A stretch of 64,000 nt of DNA from Schmidtea polychroa (lineage: Eukaryota): NCBI GenBank assembly GCA_044892525.1, contig CM097885.1:39620001-39684000 (forward strand), given 5' to 3'. Positions 1 to 15,200 of this stretch are shown here, piece by piece. Numbering within the stretch: position 1 is the first letter of the stretch; every line of letters begins with the position of its first letter. A program made the position numbers and the translations under genes. The notes below the pieces were generated by a model. The model was given only the letters and a program-made list of their open reading frames with translations. It was not told where the DNA came from and ran no database searches.

Positions 1-150
1 GAAAGAAAGATAGATAGATGATATATTATTTTCAAATTTTTGATCGAGGAATCAACTTCATCATCATCTATCCTTCGTGATAAAGTTTGAAAATTTCCAA
101 GTTTTTTTTCAACTGTGTTTTAGGTTAATTAAATTGAAAATGTATTTTAA

Positions 151-223
151 GGCCCTGTGGCCCAATGGATAAGGCGTCTGACTTCGAATCAGAAGATTGC
201 AGGTTCGAGTCCTGCCAGGGTCG
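151..223 (+). tRNA. tRNA-Arg-TCG: tRNA-Arg, anticodon UCG (first copy; repeated every 278 bp)
   Basis: 73-nt cloverleaf: acceptor GGCCCTG/CAGGGTC + discriminator G, D arm GCC..AATGGATAA..GGC, anticodon arm TCTGA-CT-TCG-AA-TCAGA, T arm GCAGG-TTCGAGT-CCTGC. No encoded CCA and no intron. Closely resembles metazoan Arg-TCG. Confidence 0.97.
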
Positions 224-228
224 TATTA

Positions 229-234
229 TTTTTT
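229..234 (+). terminator. RNA polymerase III terminator (T6), present in every unit
   Basis: TTTTTT starting 6 nt after the tRNA 3' end. Confidence 0.8.
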
Positions 235-3200
235 GTCATTCTTGTTAATTCTAATTTTTAGGCCGTTGCAAGAAACAAGAAAGAAAGATAGATAGATGAT
301 ATATTATTTTCAAATTTTTGATCGAGGAATCAACTTCATCATCATCTATCCTTCGTGATAAAGTTTGAAAATTTCCAAGTTTTTTTTCAACTGTGTTTTA
401 GGTTAATTAAATTGAAAATGTATTTTAAGGCCCTGTGGCCCAATGGATAAGGCGTCTGACTTCGAATCAGAAGATTGCAGGTTCGAGTCCTGCCAGGGTC
501 GTATTATTTTTTGTCATTCTTGTTAATTCTAATTTTTAGGCCGTTGCAAGAAACAAGAAAGAAAGATAGATAGATGATATATTATTTTCAAATTTTTGAT
601 CGAGGAATCAACTTCATCATCATCTATCCTTCGTGATAAAGTTTGAAAATTTCCAAGTTTTTTTTCAACTGTGTTTTAGGTTAATTAAATTGAAAATGTA
701 TTTTAAGGCCCTGTGGCCCAATGGATAAGGCGTCTGACTTCGAATCAGAAGATTGCAGGTTCGAGTCCTGCCAGGGTCGTATTATTTTTTGTCATTCTTG
801 TTAATTCTAATTTTTAGGCCGTTGCAAGAAACAAGAAAGAAAGATAGATAGATGATATATTATTTTCAAATTTTTGATCGAGGAATCAACTTCATCATCA
901 TCTATCCTTCGTGATAAAGTTTGAAAATTTCCAAGTTTTTTTTCAACTGTGTTTTAGGTTAATTAAATTGAAAATGTATTTTAAGGCCCTGTGGCCCAAT
1001 GGATAAGGCGTCTGACTTCGAATCAGAAGATTGCAGGTTCGAGTCCTGCCAGGGTCGTATTATTTTTTGTCATTCTTGTTAATTCTAATTTTTAGGCCGT
1101 TGCAAGAAACAAGAAAGAAAGATAGATAGATGATATATTATTTTCAAATTTTTGATCGAGGAATCAACTTCATCATCATCTATCCTTCGTGATAAAGTTT
1201 GAAAATTTCCAAGTTTTTTTTCAACTGTGTTTTAGGTTAATTAAATTGAAAATGTATTTTAAGGCCCTGTGGCCCAATGGATAAGGCGTCTGACTTCGAA
1301 TCAGAAGATTGCAGGTTCGAGTCCTGCCAGGGTCGTATTATTTTTTGTCATTCTTGTTAATTCTAATTTTTAGGCCGTTGCAAGAAACAAGAAAGAAAGA
1401 TAGATAGATGATATATTATTTTCAAATTTTTGATCGAGGAATCAACTTCATCATCATCTATCCTTCGTGATAAAGTTTGAAAATTTCCAAGTTTTTTTTC
1501 AACTGTGTTTTAGGTTAATTAAATTGAAAATGTATTTTAAGGCCCTGTGGCCCAATGGATAAGGCGTCTGACTTCGAATCAGAAGATTGCAGGTTCGAGT
1601 CCTGCCAGGGTCGTATTATTTTTTGTCATTCTTGTTAATTCTAATTTTTAGGCCGTTGCAAGAAACAAGAAAGAAAGATAGATAGATGATATATTATTTT
1701 CAAATTTTTGATCGAGGAATCAACTTCATCATCATCTATCCTTCGTGATAAAGTTTGAAAATTTCCAAGTTTTTTTTCAACTGTGTTTTAGGTTAATTAA
1801 ATTGAAAATGTATTTTAAGGCCCTGTGGCCCAATGGATAAGGCGTCTGACTTCGAATCAGAAGATTGCAGGTTCGAGTCCTGCCAGGGTCGTATTATTTT
1901 TTGTCATTCTTGTTAATTCTAATTTTTAGGCCGTTGCAAGAAACAAGAAAGAAAGATAGATAGATGATATATTATTTTCAAATTTTTGATCGAGGAATCA
2001 ACTTCATCATCATCTATCCTTCGTGATAAAGTTTGAAAATTTCCAAGTTTTTTTTCAACTGTGTTTTAGGTTAATTAAATTGAAAATGTATTTTAAGGCC
2101 CTGTGGCCCAATGGATAAGGCGTCTCGACTTCGAATCAGAAGATTGCAGGTTCGAGTCCTGCCAGGGTCGTATTATTTTTTGTCATTCTTGTTAATTCTA
2201 ATTTTTAGGCCGTTGCAAGAAACAAGAAAGAAAGATAGATAGATGATATATTATTTTCAAATTTTTGATCGAGGAATCAACTTCATCATCATCTATCCTT
2301 CGTGATAAAGTTTGAAAATTTCCAAGTTTTTTTTCAACTGTGTTTTAGGTTAATTAAATTGAAAATGTATTTTAAGGCCCTGTGGCCCAATGGATAAGGC
2401 GTCTGACTTCGAATCAGAAGATTGCAGGTTCGAGTCCTGCCAGGGTCGTATTATTTTTTGTCATTCTTGTTAATTCTAATTTTTAGGCCGTTGCAAGAAA
2501 CAAGAAAGAAAGATAGATAGATGATATATTATTTTCAAATTTTTGATCGAGGAATCAACTTCATCATCATCTATCCTTCGTGATAAAGTTTGAAAATTTC
2601 CAAGTTTTTTTTCAACTGTGTTTTAGGTTAATTAAATTGAAAATGTATTTTAAGGCCCTGTGGCCCAATGGATAAGGCGTCTCGACTTCGAATCAGAAGA
2701 TTGCAGGTTCGAGTCCTGCCAGGGTCGTATTATTTTTTGTCATTCTTGTTAATTCTAATTTTTAGGCCGTTGCAAGAAACAAGAAAGAAAGATAGATAGA
2801 TGATATATTATTTTCAAATTTTTGATCGAGGAATCAACTTCATCATCATCTATCCTTCGTGATAAAGTTTGAAAATTTCCAAGTTTTTTTTCAACTGTGT
2901 TTTAGGTTAATTAAATTGAAAATGTATTTTAAGGCCCTGTGGCCCAATGGATAAGGCGTCTGACTTCGAATCAGAAGATTGCAGGTTCGAGTCCTGCCAG
3001 GGTCGTATTATTTTTTGTCATTCTTGTTAATTCTAATTTTTAGGCCGTTGCAAGAAACAAGAAAGAAAGATAGATAGATGATATATTATTTTCAAATTTT
3101 TGATCGAGGAATCAACTTCATCATCATCTATCCTTCGTGATAAAGTTTGAAAATTTCCAAGTTTTTTTTCAACTGTGTTTTAGGTTAATTAAATTGAAAA

Positions 3201-6200
3201 TGTATTTTAAGGCCCTGTGGCCCAATGGATAAGGCGTCTGACTTCGAATCAGAAGATTGCAGGTTCGAGTCCTGCCAGGGTCGTATTATTTTTTGTCATT
3301 CTTGTTAATTCTAATTTTTAGGCCGTTGCAAGAAACAAGAAAGAAAGATAGATAGATGATATATTATTTTCAAATTTTTGATCGAGGAATCAACTTCATC
3401 ATCATCTATCCTTCGTGATAAAGTTTGAAAATTTCCAAGTTTTTTTTCAACTGTGTTTTAGGTTAATTAAATTGAAAATGTATTTTAAGGCCCTGTGGCC
3501 CAATGGATAAGGCGTCTGACTTCGAATCAGAAGATTGCAGGTTCGAGTCCTGCCAGGGTCGTATTATTTTTTGTCATTCTTGTTAATTCTAATTTTTAGG
3601 CCGTTGCAAGAAACAAGAAAGAAAGATAGATAGATGATATATTATTTTCAAATTTTTGATCGAGGAATCAACTTCATCATCATCTATCCTTCGTGATAAA
3701 GTTTGAAAATTTCCAAGTTTTTTTTCAACTGTGTTTTAGGTTAATTAAATTGAAAATGTATTTTAAGGCCCTGTGGCCCAATGGATAAGGCGTCTGACTT
3801 CGAATCAGAAGATTGCAGGTTCGAGTCCTGCCAGGGTCGTATTATTTTTTGTCATTCTTGTTAATTCTAATTTTTAGGCCGTTGCAAGAAACAAGAAAGA
3901 AAGATAGATAGATGATATATTATTTTCAAATTTTTGATCGAGGAATCAACTTCATCATCATCTATCCTTCGTGATAAAGTTTGAAAATTTCCAAGTTTTT
4001 TTTCAACTGTGTTTTAGGTTAATTAAATTGAAAATGTATTTTAAGGCCCTGTGGCCCAATGGATAAGGCGTCTGACTTCGAATCAGAAGATTGCAGGTTC
4101 GAGTCCTGCCAGGGTCGTATTATTTTTTGTCATTCTTGTTAATTCTAATTTTTAGGCCGTTGCAAGAAACAAGAAAGAAAGATAGATAGATGATATATTA
4201 TTTTCAAATTTTTGATCGAGGAATCAACTTCATCATCATCTATCCTTCGTGATAAAGTTTGAAAATTTCCAAGTTTTTTTTCAACTGTGTTTTAGGTTAA
4301 TTAAATTGAAAATGTATTTTAAGGCCCTGTGGCCCAATGGATAAGGCGTCTGACTTCGAATCAGAAGATTGCAGGTTCGAGTCCTGCCAGGGTCGTATTA
4401 TTTTTTGTCATTCTTGTTAATTCTAATTTTTAGGCCGTTGCAAGAAACAAGAAAGAAAGATAGATAGATGATATATTATTTTCAAATTTTTGATCGAGGA
4501 ATCAACTTCATCATCATCTATCCTTCGTGATAAAGTTTGAAAATTTCCAAGTTTTTTTTCAACTGTGTTTTAGGTTAATTAAATTGAAAATGTATTTTAA
4601 GGCCCTGTGGCCCAATGGATAAGGCGTCTGACTTCGAATCAGAAGATTGCAGGTTCGAGTCCTGCCAGGGTCGTATTATTTTTTGTCATTCTTGTTAATT
4701 CTAATTTTTAGGCCGTTGCAAGAAACAAGAAAGAAAGATAGATAGATGATATATTATTTTCAAATTTTTGATCGAGGAATCAACTTCATCATCATCTATC
4801 CTTCGTGATAAAGTTTGAAAATTTCCAAGTTTTTTTTCAACTGTGTTTTAGGTTAATTAAATTGAAAATGTATTTTAAGGCCCTGTGGCCCAATGGATAA
4901 GGCGTCTGACTTCGAATCAGAAGATTGCAGGTTCGAGTCCTGCCAGGGTCGTATTATTTTTTGTCATTCTTGTTAATTCTAATTTTTAGGCCGTTGCAAG
5001 AAACAAGAAAGAAAGATAGATAGATGATATATTATTTTCAAATTTTTGATCGAGGAATCAACTTCATCATCATCTATCCTTCGTGATAAAGTTTGAAAAT
5101 TTCCAAGTTTTTTTTCAACTGTGTTTTAGGTTAATTAAATTGAAAATGTATTTTAAGGCCCTGTGGCCCAATGGATAAGGCGTCTGACTTCGAATCAGAA
5201 GATTGCAGGTTCGAGTCCTGCCAGGGTCGTATTATTTTTTGTCATTCTTGTTAATTCTAATTTTTAGGCCGTTGCAAGAAACAAGAAAGAAAGATAGATA
5301 GATGATATATTATTTTCAAATTTTTGATCGAGGAATCAACTTCATCATCATCTATCCTTCGTGATAAAGTTTGAAAATTTCCAAGTTTTTTTTCAACTGT
5401 GTTTTAGGTTAATTAAATTGAAAATGTATTTTAAGGCCCTGTGGCCCAATGGATAAGGCGTCTGACTTCGAATCAGAAGATTGCAGGTTCGAGTCCTGCC
5501 AGGGTCGTATTATTTTTTGTCATTCTTGTTAATTCTAATTTTTAGGCCGTTGCAAGAAACAAGAAAGAAAGATAGATAGATGATATATTATTTTCAAATT
5601 TTTGATCGAGGAATCAACTTCATCATCATCTATCCTTCGTGATAAAGTTTGAAAATTTCCAAGTTTTTTTTCAACTGTGTTTTAGGTTAATTAAATTGAA
5701 AATGTATTTTAAGGCCCTGTGGCCCAATGGATAAGGCGTCTGACTTCGAATCAGAAGATTGCAGGTTCGAGTCCTGCCAGGGTCGTATTATTTTTTGTCA
5801 TTCTTGTTAATTCTAATTTTTAGGCCGTTGCAAGAAACAAGAAAGAAAGATAGATAGATGATATATTATTTTCAAATTTTTGATCGAGGAATCAACTTCA
5901 TCATCATCTATCCTTCGTGATAAAGTTTGAAAATTTCCAAGTTTTTTTTCAACTGTGTTTTAGGTTAATTAAATTGAAAATGTATTTTAAGGCCCTGTGG
6001 CCCAATGGATAAGGCGTCTGACTTCGAATCAGAAGATTGCAGGTTCGAGTCCTGCCAGGGTCGTATTATTTTTTGTCATTCTTGTTAATTCTAATTTTTA
6101 GGCCGTTGCAAGAAACAAGAAAGAAAGATAGATAGATGATATATTATTTTCAAATTTTTGATCGAGGAATCAACTTCATCATCATCTATCCTTCGTGATA

Positions 6201-9200
6201 AAGTTTGAAAATTTCCAAGTTTTTTTTCAACTGTGTTTTAGGTTAATTAAATTGAAAATGTATTTTAAGGCCCTGTGGCCCAATGGATAAGGCGTCTGAC
6301 TTCGAATCAGAAGATTGCAGGTTCGAGTCCTGCCAGGGTCGTATTATTTTTTGTCATTCTTGTTAATTCTAATTTTTAGGCCGTTGCAAGAAACAAGAAA
6401 GAAAGATAGATAGATGATATATTATTTTCAAATTTTTGATCGAGGAATCAACTTCATCATCATCTATCCTTCGTGATAAAGTTTGAAAATTTCCAAGTTT
6501 TTTTTCAACTGTGTTTTAGGTTAATTAAATTGAAAATGTATTTTAAGGCCCTGTGGCCCAATGGATAAGGCGTCTGACTTCGAATCAGAAGATTGCAGGT
6601 TCGAGTCCTGCCAGGGTCGTATTATTTTTTGTCATTCTTGTTAATTCTAATTTTTAGGCCGTTGCAAGAAACAAGAAAGAAAGATAGATAGATGATATAT
6701 TATTTTCAAATTTTTGATCGAGGAATCAACTTCATCATCATCTATCCTTCGTGATAAAGTTTGAAAATTTCCAAGTTTTTTTTCAACTGTGTTTTAGGTT
6801 AATTAAATTGAAAATGTATTTTAAGGCCCTGTGGCCCAATGGATAAGGCGTCTGACTTCGAATCAGAAGATTGCAGGTTCGAGTCCTGCCAGGGTCGTAT
6901 TATTTTTTGTCATTCTTGTTAATTCTAATTTTTAGGCCGTTGCAAGAAACAAGAAAGAAAGATAGATAGATGATATATTATTTTCAAATTTTTGATCGAG
7001 GAATCAACTTCATCATCATCTATCCTTCGTGATAAAGTTTGAAAATTTCCAAGTTTTTTTTCAACTGTGTTTTAGGTTAATTAAATTGAAAATGTATTTT
7101 AAGGCCCTGTGGCCCAATGGATAAGGCGTCTGACTTCGAATCAGAAGATTGCAGGTTCGAGTCCTGCCAGGGTCGTATTATTTTTTGTCATTCTTGTTAA
7201 TTCTAATTTTTAGGCCGTTGCAAGAAACAAGAAAGAAAGATAGATAGATGATATATTATTTTCAAATTTTTGATCGAGGAATCAACTTCATCATCATCTA
7301 TCCTTCGTGATAAAGTTTGAAAATTTCCAAGTTTTTTTTCAACTGTGTTTTAGGTTAATTAAATTGAAAATGTATTTTAAGGCCCTGTGGCCCAATGGAT
7401 AAGGCGTCTGACTTCGAATCAGAAGATTGCAGGTTCGAGTCCTGCCAGGGTCGTATTATTTTTTGTCATTCTTGTTAATTCTAATTTTTAGGCCGTTGCA
7501 AGAAACAAGAAAGAAAGATAGATAGATGATATATTATTTTCAAATTTTTGATCGAGGAATCAACTTCATCATCATCTATCCTTCGTGATAAAGTTTGAAA
7601 ATTTCCAAGTTTTTTTTCAACTGTGTTTTAGGTTAATTAAATTGAAAATGTATTTTAAGGCCCTGTGGCCCAATGGATAAGGCGTCTGACTTCGAATCAG
7701 AAGATTGCAGGTTCGAGTCCTGCCAGGGTCGTATTATTTTTTGTCATTCTTGTTAATTCTAATTTTTAGGCCGTTGCAAGAAACAAGAAAGAAAGATAGA
7801 TAGATGATATATTATTTTCAAATTTTTGATCGAGGAATCAACTTCATCATCATCTATCCTTCGTGATAAAGTTTGAAAATTTCCAAGTTTTTTTTCAACT
7901 GTGTTTTAGGTTAATTAAATTGAAAATGTATTTTAAGGCCCTGTGGCCCAATGGATAAGGCGTCTGACTTCGAATCAGAAGATTGCAGGTTCGAGTCCTG
8001 CCAGGGTCGTATTATTTTTTGTCATTCTTGTTAATTCTAATTTTTAGGCCGTTGCAAGAAACAAGAAAGAAAGATAGATAGATGATATATTATTTTCAAA
8101 TTTTTGATCGAGGAATCAACTTCATCATCATCTATCCTTCGTGATAAAGTTTGAAAATTTCCAAGTTTTTTTTCAACTGTGTTTTAGGTTAATTAAATTG
8201 AAAATGTATTTTAAGGCCCTGTGGCCCAATGGATAAGGCGTCTGACTTCGAATCAGAAGATTGCAGGTTCGAGTCCTGCCAGGGTCGTATTATTTTTTGT
8301 CATTCTTGTTAATTCTAATTTTTAGGCCGTTGCAAGAAACAAGAAAGAAAGATAGATAGATGATATATTATTTTCAAATTTTTGATCGAGGAATCAACTT
8401 CATCATCATCTATCCTTCGTGATAAAGTTTGAAAATTTCCAAGTTTTTTTTCAACTGTGTTTTAGGTTAATTAAATTGAAAATGTATTTTAAGGCCCTGT
8501 GGCCCAATGGATAAGGCGTCTGACTTCGAATCAGAAGATTGCAGGTTCGAGTCCTGCCAGGGTCGTATTATTTTTTGTCATTCTTGTTAATTCTAATTTT
8601 TAGGCCGTTGCAAGAAACAAGAAAGAAAGATAGATAGATGATATATTATTTTCAAATTTTTGATCGAGGAATCAACTTCATCATCATCTATCCTTCGTGA
8701 TAAAGTTTGAAAATTTCCAAGTTTTTTTTCAACTGTGTTTTAGGTTAATTAAATTGAAAATGTATTTTAAGGCCCTGTGGCCCAATGGATAAGGCGTCTG
8801 ACTTCGAATCAGAAGATTGCAGGTTCGAGTCCTGCCAGGGTCGTATTATTTTTTGTCATTCTTGTTAATTCTAATTTTTAGGCCGTTGCAAGAAACAAGA
8901 AAGAAAGATAGATAGATGATATATTATTTTCAAATTTTTGATCGAGGAATCAACTTCATCATCATCTATCCTTCGTGATAAAGTTTGAAAATTTCCAAGT
9001 TTTTTTTCAACTGTGTTTTAGGTTAATTAAATTGAAAATGTATTTTAAGGCCCTGTGGCCCAATGGATAAGGCGTCTGACTTCGAATCAGAAGATTGCAG
9101 GTTCGAGTCCTGCCAGGGTCGTATTATTTTTTGTCATTCTTGTTAATTCTAATTTTTAGGCCGTTGCAAGAAACAAGAAAGAAAGATAGATAGATGATAT

Positions 9201-12200
9201 ATTATTTTCAAATTTTTGATCGAGGAATCAACTTCATCATCATCTATCCTTCGTGATAAAGTTTGAAAATTTCCAAGTTTTTTTTCAACTGTGTTTTAGG
9301 TTAATTAAATTGAAAATGTATTTTAAGGCCCTGTGGCCCAATGGATAAGGCGTCTGACTTCGAATCAGAAGATTGCAGGTTCGAGTCCTGCCAGGGTCGT
9401 ATTATTTTTTGTCATTCTTGTTAATTCTAATTTTTAGGCCGTTGCAAGAAACAAGAAAGAAAGATAGATAGATGATATATTATTTTCAAATTTTTGATCG
9501 AGGAATCAACTTCATCATCATCTATCCTTCGTGATAAAGTTTGAAAATTTCCAAGTTTTTTTTCAACTGTGTTTTAGGTTAATTAAATTGAAAATGTATT
9601 TTAAGGCCCTGTGGCCCAATGGATAAGGCGTCTGACTTCGAATCAGAAGATTGCAGGTTCGAGTCCTGCCAGGGTCGTATTATTTTTTGTCATTCTTGTT
9701 AATTCTAATTTTTAGGCCGTTGCAAGAAACAAGAAAGAAAGATAGATAGATGATATATTATTTTCAAATTTTTGATCGAGGAATCAACTTCATCATCATC
9801 TATCCTTCGTGATAAAGTTTGAAAATTTCCAAGTTTTTTTTCAACTGTGTTTTAGGTTAATTAAATTGAAAATGTATTTTAAGGCCCTGTGGCCCAATGG
9901 ATAAGGCGTCTGACTTCGAATCAGAAGATTGCAGGTTCGAGTCCTGCCAGGGTCGTATTATTTTTTGTCATTCTTGTTAATTCTAATTTTTAGGCCGTTG
10001 CAAGAAACAAGAAAGAAAGATAGATAGATGATATATTATTTTCAAATTTTTGATCGAGGAATCAACTTCATCATCATCTATCCTTCGTGATAAAGTTTGA
10101 AAATTTCCAAGTTTTTTTTCAACTGTGTTTTAGGTTAATTAAATTGAAAATGTATTTTAAGGCCCTGTGGCCCAATGGATAAGGCGTCTGACTTCGAATC
10201 AGAAGATTGCAGGTTCGAGTCCTGCCAGGGTCGTATTATTTTTTGTCATTCTTGTTAATTCTAATTTTTAGGCCGTTGCAAGAAACAAGAAAGAAAGATA
10301 GATAGATGATATATTATTTTCAAATTTTTGATCGAGGAATCAACTTCATCATCATCTATCCTTCGTGATAAAGTTTGAAAATTTCCAAGTTTTTTTTCAA
10401 CTGTGTTTTAGGTTAATTAAATTGAAAATGTATTTTAAGGCCCTGTGGCCCAATGGATAAGGCGTCTGACTTCGAATCAGAAGATTGCAGGTTCGAGTCC
10501 TGCCAGGGTCGTATTATTTTTTGTCATTCTTGTTAATTCTAATTTTTAGGCCGTTGCAAGAAACAAGAAAGAAAGATAGATAGATGATATATTATTTTCA
10601 AATTTTTGATCGAGGAATCAACTTCATCATCATCTATCCTTCGTGATAAAGTTTGAAAATTTCCAAGTTTTTTTTCAACTGTGTTTTAGGTTAATTAAAT
10701 TGAAAATGTATTTTAAGGCCCTGTGGCCCAATGGATAAGGCGTCTGACTTCGAATCAGAAGATTGCAGGTTCGAGTCCTGCCAGGGTCGTATTATTTTTT
10801 GTCATTCTTGTTAATTCTAATTTTTAGGCCGTTGCAAGAAACAAGAAAGAAAGATAGATAGATGATATATTATTTTCAAATTTTTGATCGAGGAATCAAC
10901 TTCATCATCATCTATCCTTCGTGATAAAGTTTGAAAATTTCCAAGTTTTTTTTCAACTGTGTTTTAGGTTAATTAAATTGAAAATGTATTTTAAGGCCCT
11001 GTGGCCCAATGGATAAGGCGTCTGACTTCGAATCAGAAGATTGCAGGTTCGAGTCCTGCCAGGGTCGTATTATTTTTTGTCATTCTTGTTAATTCTAATT
11101 TTTAGGCCGTTGCAAGAAACAAGAAAGAAAGATAGATAGATGATATATTATTTTCAAATTTTTGATCGAGGAATCAACTTCATCATCATCTATCCTTCGT
11201 GATAAAGTTTGAAAATTTCCAAGTTTTTTTTCAACTGTGTTTTAGGTTAATTAAATTGAAAATGTATTTTAAGGCCCTGTGGCCCAATGGATAAGGCGTC
11301 TGACTTCGAATCAGAAGATTGCAGGTTCGAGTCCTGCCAGGGTCGTATTATTTTTTGTCATTCTTTTTAATTCTAATTTTTAGGCCGTTTCAAGAAACAA
11401 GAAAGAAAGATAGATAGATGATATATTATTTTCAAATTTTTGATCAAGGAATCAACTTCATCATCATCTATCCTTCGTGATAAAGTTTGAAAATTTCCAA
11501 GTTTTTTTTCAACTGTGTTTTAGGTTAATTAAATTGAAAATGTATTTTAAGGCCCTGTGGCCCAATGGATAAGGCGTCTGACTTCGAATCAGAAGATTGC
11601 AGGTTCGAGTCCTGCCAGGGTCGTATTATTTTTTGTCATTCTTGTTAATTCTAATTTTTAGGCCGTTGCAAGAAACAAGAAAGAAAGATAGATAGATGAT
11701 ATATTATTTTCAAATTTTTGATCGAGGAATCAACTTCATCATCATCTATCCTTCGTGATAAAGTTTGAAAATTTCCAAGTTTTTTTTCAACTGTGTTTTA
11801 GGTTAATTAAATTGAAAATGTATTTTAAGGCCCTGTGGCCCAATGGATAAGGTGTGTGACTTCGAATCAGAAGATTGCAGGTTCGAGTCCTGCCAGGGTC
11901 GTATTATTTTTTGTCATTCTTGTTAATTCTAATTTTTAGGCCGTTGCAAGAAACAAGAAAGAAAGATAGATAGATGATATATTATTTTCAAATTTTTGAT
12001 CGAGGAATCAACTTCATCATCATCTATCCTTCGTGATAAAGTTTGAAAATTTCCAAGTTTTTTTTCAACTGTGTTTTAGGTTAATTAAATTGAAAATGTA
12101 TTTTAAGGCCCTGTGGCCCAATGGATAAGGCGTCTGACTTCGAATCAGAAGATTGCAGGTTCGAGTCCTGCCAGGGTCGTATTATTTTTTGTCATTCTTG

Positions 12201-15200
12201 TTAATTCTAATTTTTAGGCCGTTGCAAGAAACAAGAAAGAAAGATAGATAGATGATATATTATTTTCAAATTTTTGATCGAGGAATCAACTTCATCATCA
12301 TCTATCCTTCGTGATAAAGTTTGAAAATTTCCAAGTTTTTTTTCAACTGTGTTTTAGGTTAATTAAATTGAAAATGTATTTTAAGGCCCTGTGGCCCAAT
12401 GGATAAGGCGTCTCACTTCGAATCAGAAGATTGCAGGTTCGAGTCCTGCCAGGGTCGTATTATTTTTTGTCATTCTTGTTAATTCTAATTTTTAGGCCGT
12501 TGCAAGAAACAAGAAAGAAAGATAGATAGATGATATATTATTTTCAAATTTTTGATCGAGGAATCAACTTCATCATCATCTATCCTTCGTGATAAAGTTT
12601 GAAAATTTCCAAGTTTTTTTTCAACTGTGTTTTAGGTTAATTAAATTGAAAATGTATTTTAAGGCCCTGTGGCCCAATGGATAAGGCGTCTGACTTCGAA
12701 TCAGAAGATTGCAGGTTCGAGTCCTGCCAGGGTCGTATTATTTTTTGTCATTCTTGTTAATTCTAATTTTTAGGCCGTTGCAAGAAACAAGAAAGAAAGA
12801 TAGATAGATGATATATTATTTTCAAATTTTTGATCGAGGAATCAACTTCATCATCATCTATCCTTCGTGATAAAGTTTGAAAATTTCCAAGTTTTTTTTC
12901 AACTGTGTTTTAGGTTAATTAAATTGAAAATGTATTTTAAGGCCCTGTGGCCCAATGGATAAGGCGTCTGACTTCGAATCAGAAGATTGCAGGTTCGAGT
13001 CCTGCCAGGGTCGTATTATTTTTTGTCATTCTTTTTAATTCTAATTTTTAGGCCTTTTCAAGAAACAAGAAAGAAAGATAGATAGATGATATATTATTTT
13101 CAAATTTTTGATCAAGGAATCAACTTCATCATCATCTATCCTTCGTGATAAAGTTTGAAAATTTCCAAGTTTTTTTTCAACTGTGTTTTAGGTTAATTAA
13201 ATTGAAAATGTATTTTAAGGCCCTGTGGCCCAATGGATAAGGCGTCTGACTTCGAATCAGAAGATTGCAGGTTCGAGTCCTGCCAGGGTCGTATTATTTT
13301 TTGTCATTCTTGTTAATTCTAATTTTTAGGCCGTTGCAAGAAACAAGAAAGAAAGATAGATAGATGATATATTATTTTCAAATTTTTGATCGAGGAATCA
13401 ACTTCATCATCATCTATCCTTCGTGATAAAGTTTGAAAATTTCCAAGTTTTTTTTCAACTGTGTTTTAGGTTAATTAAATTGAAAATGTATTTTAAGGCC
13501 CTGTGGCCCAATGGATAAGGCGTCCGACTTCGAATCAGAAGATTGCAGGTTCGAGTCCTGCCAGGGTCGTATTATTTTTTGTCATTCTTGTTAATTCTAA
13601 TTTTTAGGCCGTTGCAAGAAACAAGAAAGAAAGATAGATAGATGATATATTATTTTCAAATTTTTGATCGAGGAATCAACTTCATCATCATCTATCCTTC
13701 GTGATAAAGTTTGAAAATTTCCAAGTTTTTTTTCAACTGTGTTTTAGGTTAATTAAATTGAAAATGTATTTTAAGGCCCTGTGGCCCAATGGATAAGGCG
13801 TCTGACTTCGAATCAGAAGATTGCAGGTTCGAGTCCTGCCAGGGTCGTATTATTTTTTGTCATTCTTGTTAATTCTAATTTTTAGGCCGTTGCAAGAAAC
13901 AAGAAAGAAAGATAGATAGATGATATATTATTTTCAAATTTTTGATCGAGGAATCAACTTCATCATCATCTATCCTTCGTGATAAAGTTTGAAAATTTCC
14001 AAGTTTTTTTTCAACTGTGTTTTAGGTTAATTAAATTGAAAATGTATTTTAAGGCCCTGTGGCCCAATGGATAAGGCGTCTGACTTCGAATCAGAAGATT
14101 GCAGGTTCGAGTCCTGCCAGGGTCGTATTATTTTTTGTCATTCTTGTTAATTCTAATTTTTAGGCCGTTGCAAGAAACAAGAAAGAAAGATAGATAGATG
14201 ATATATTATTTTCAAATTTTTGATCGAGGAATCAACTTCATCATCATCTATCCTTCGTGATAAAGTTTGAAAATTTCCAAGTTTTTTTTCAACTGTGTTT
14301 TAGGTTAATTAAATTGAAAATGTATTTTAAGGCCCTGTGGCCCAATGGATAAGGCGTCTGACTTCGAATCAGAAGATTGCAGGTTCGAGTCCTGCCAGGG
14401 TCGTATTATTTTTTGTCATTCTTGTTAATTCTAATTTTTAGGCCGTTGCAAGAAACAAGAAAGAAAGATAGATAGATGATATATTATTTTCAAATTTTTG
14501 ATCGAGGAATCAACTTCATCATCATCTATCCTTCGTGATAAAGTTTGAAAATTTCCAAGTTTTTTTTCAACTGTGTTTTAGGTTAATTAAATTGAAAATG
14601 TATTTTAAGGCCCTGTGGCCCAATGGATAAGGCGTCTGACTTCGAATCAGAAGATTGCAGGTTCGAGTCCTGCCAGGGTCGTATTATTTTTTGTCATTCT
14701 TTTTAATTCTAATTTTTAGGCCGTTTCAAGAAACAAGAAAGAAAGATAGATAGATGATATATTATTTTCAAATTTTTGATCAAGGAATCAACTTCATCAT
14801 CATCTATCCTTCGTGATAAAGTTTGAAAATTTCCAAGTTTTTTTTCAACTGTGTTTTAGGTTAATTAAATTGAAAATGTATTTTAAGGCCCTGTGGCCCA
14901 ATGGATAAGGCGTCTGACTTCGAATCAGAAGATTGCAGGTTCGAGTCCTGCCAGGGTCGTATTATTTTTTGTCATTCTTGTTAATTCTAATTTTTAGGCC
15001 GTTGCAAGAAACAAGAAAGAAAGATAGATAGATGATATATTATTTTCAAATTTTTGATCGAGGAATCAACTTCATCATCATCTATCCTTCGTGATAAAGT
15101 TTGAAAATTTCCAAGTTTTTTTTCAACTGTGTTTTAGGTTAATTAAATTGAAAATGTATTTTAAGGCCCTGTGGCCCAATGGATAAGGCGTCTGACTTCG

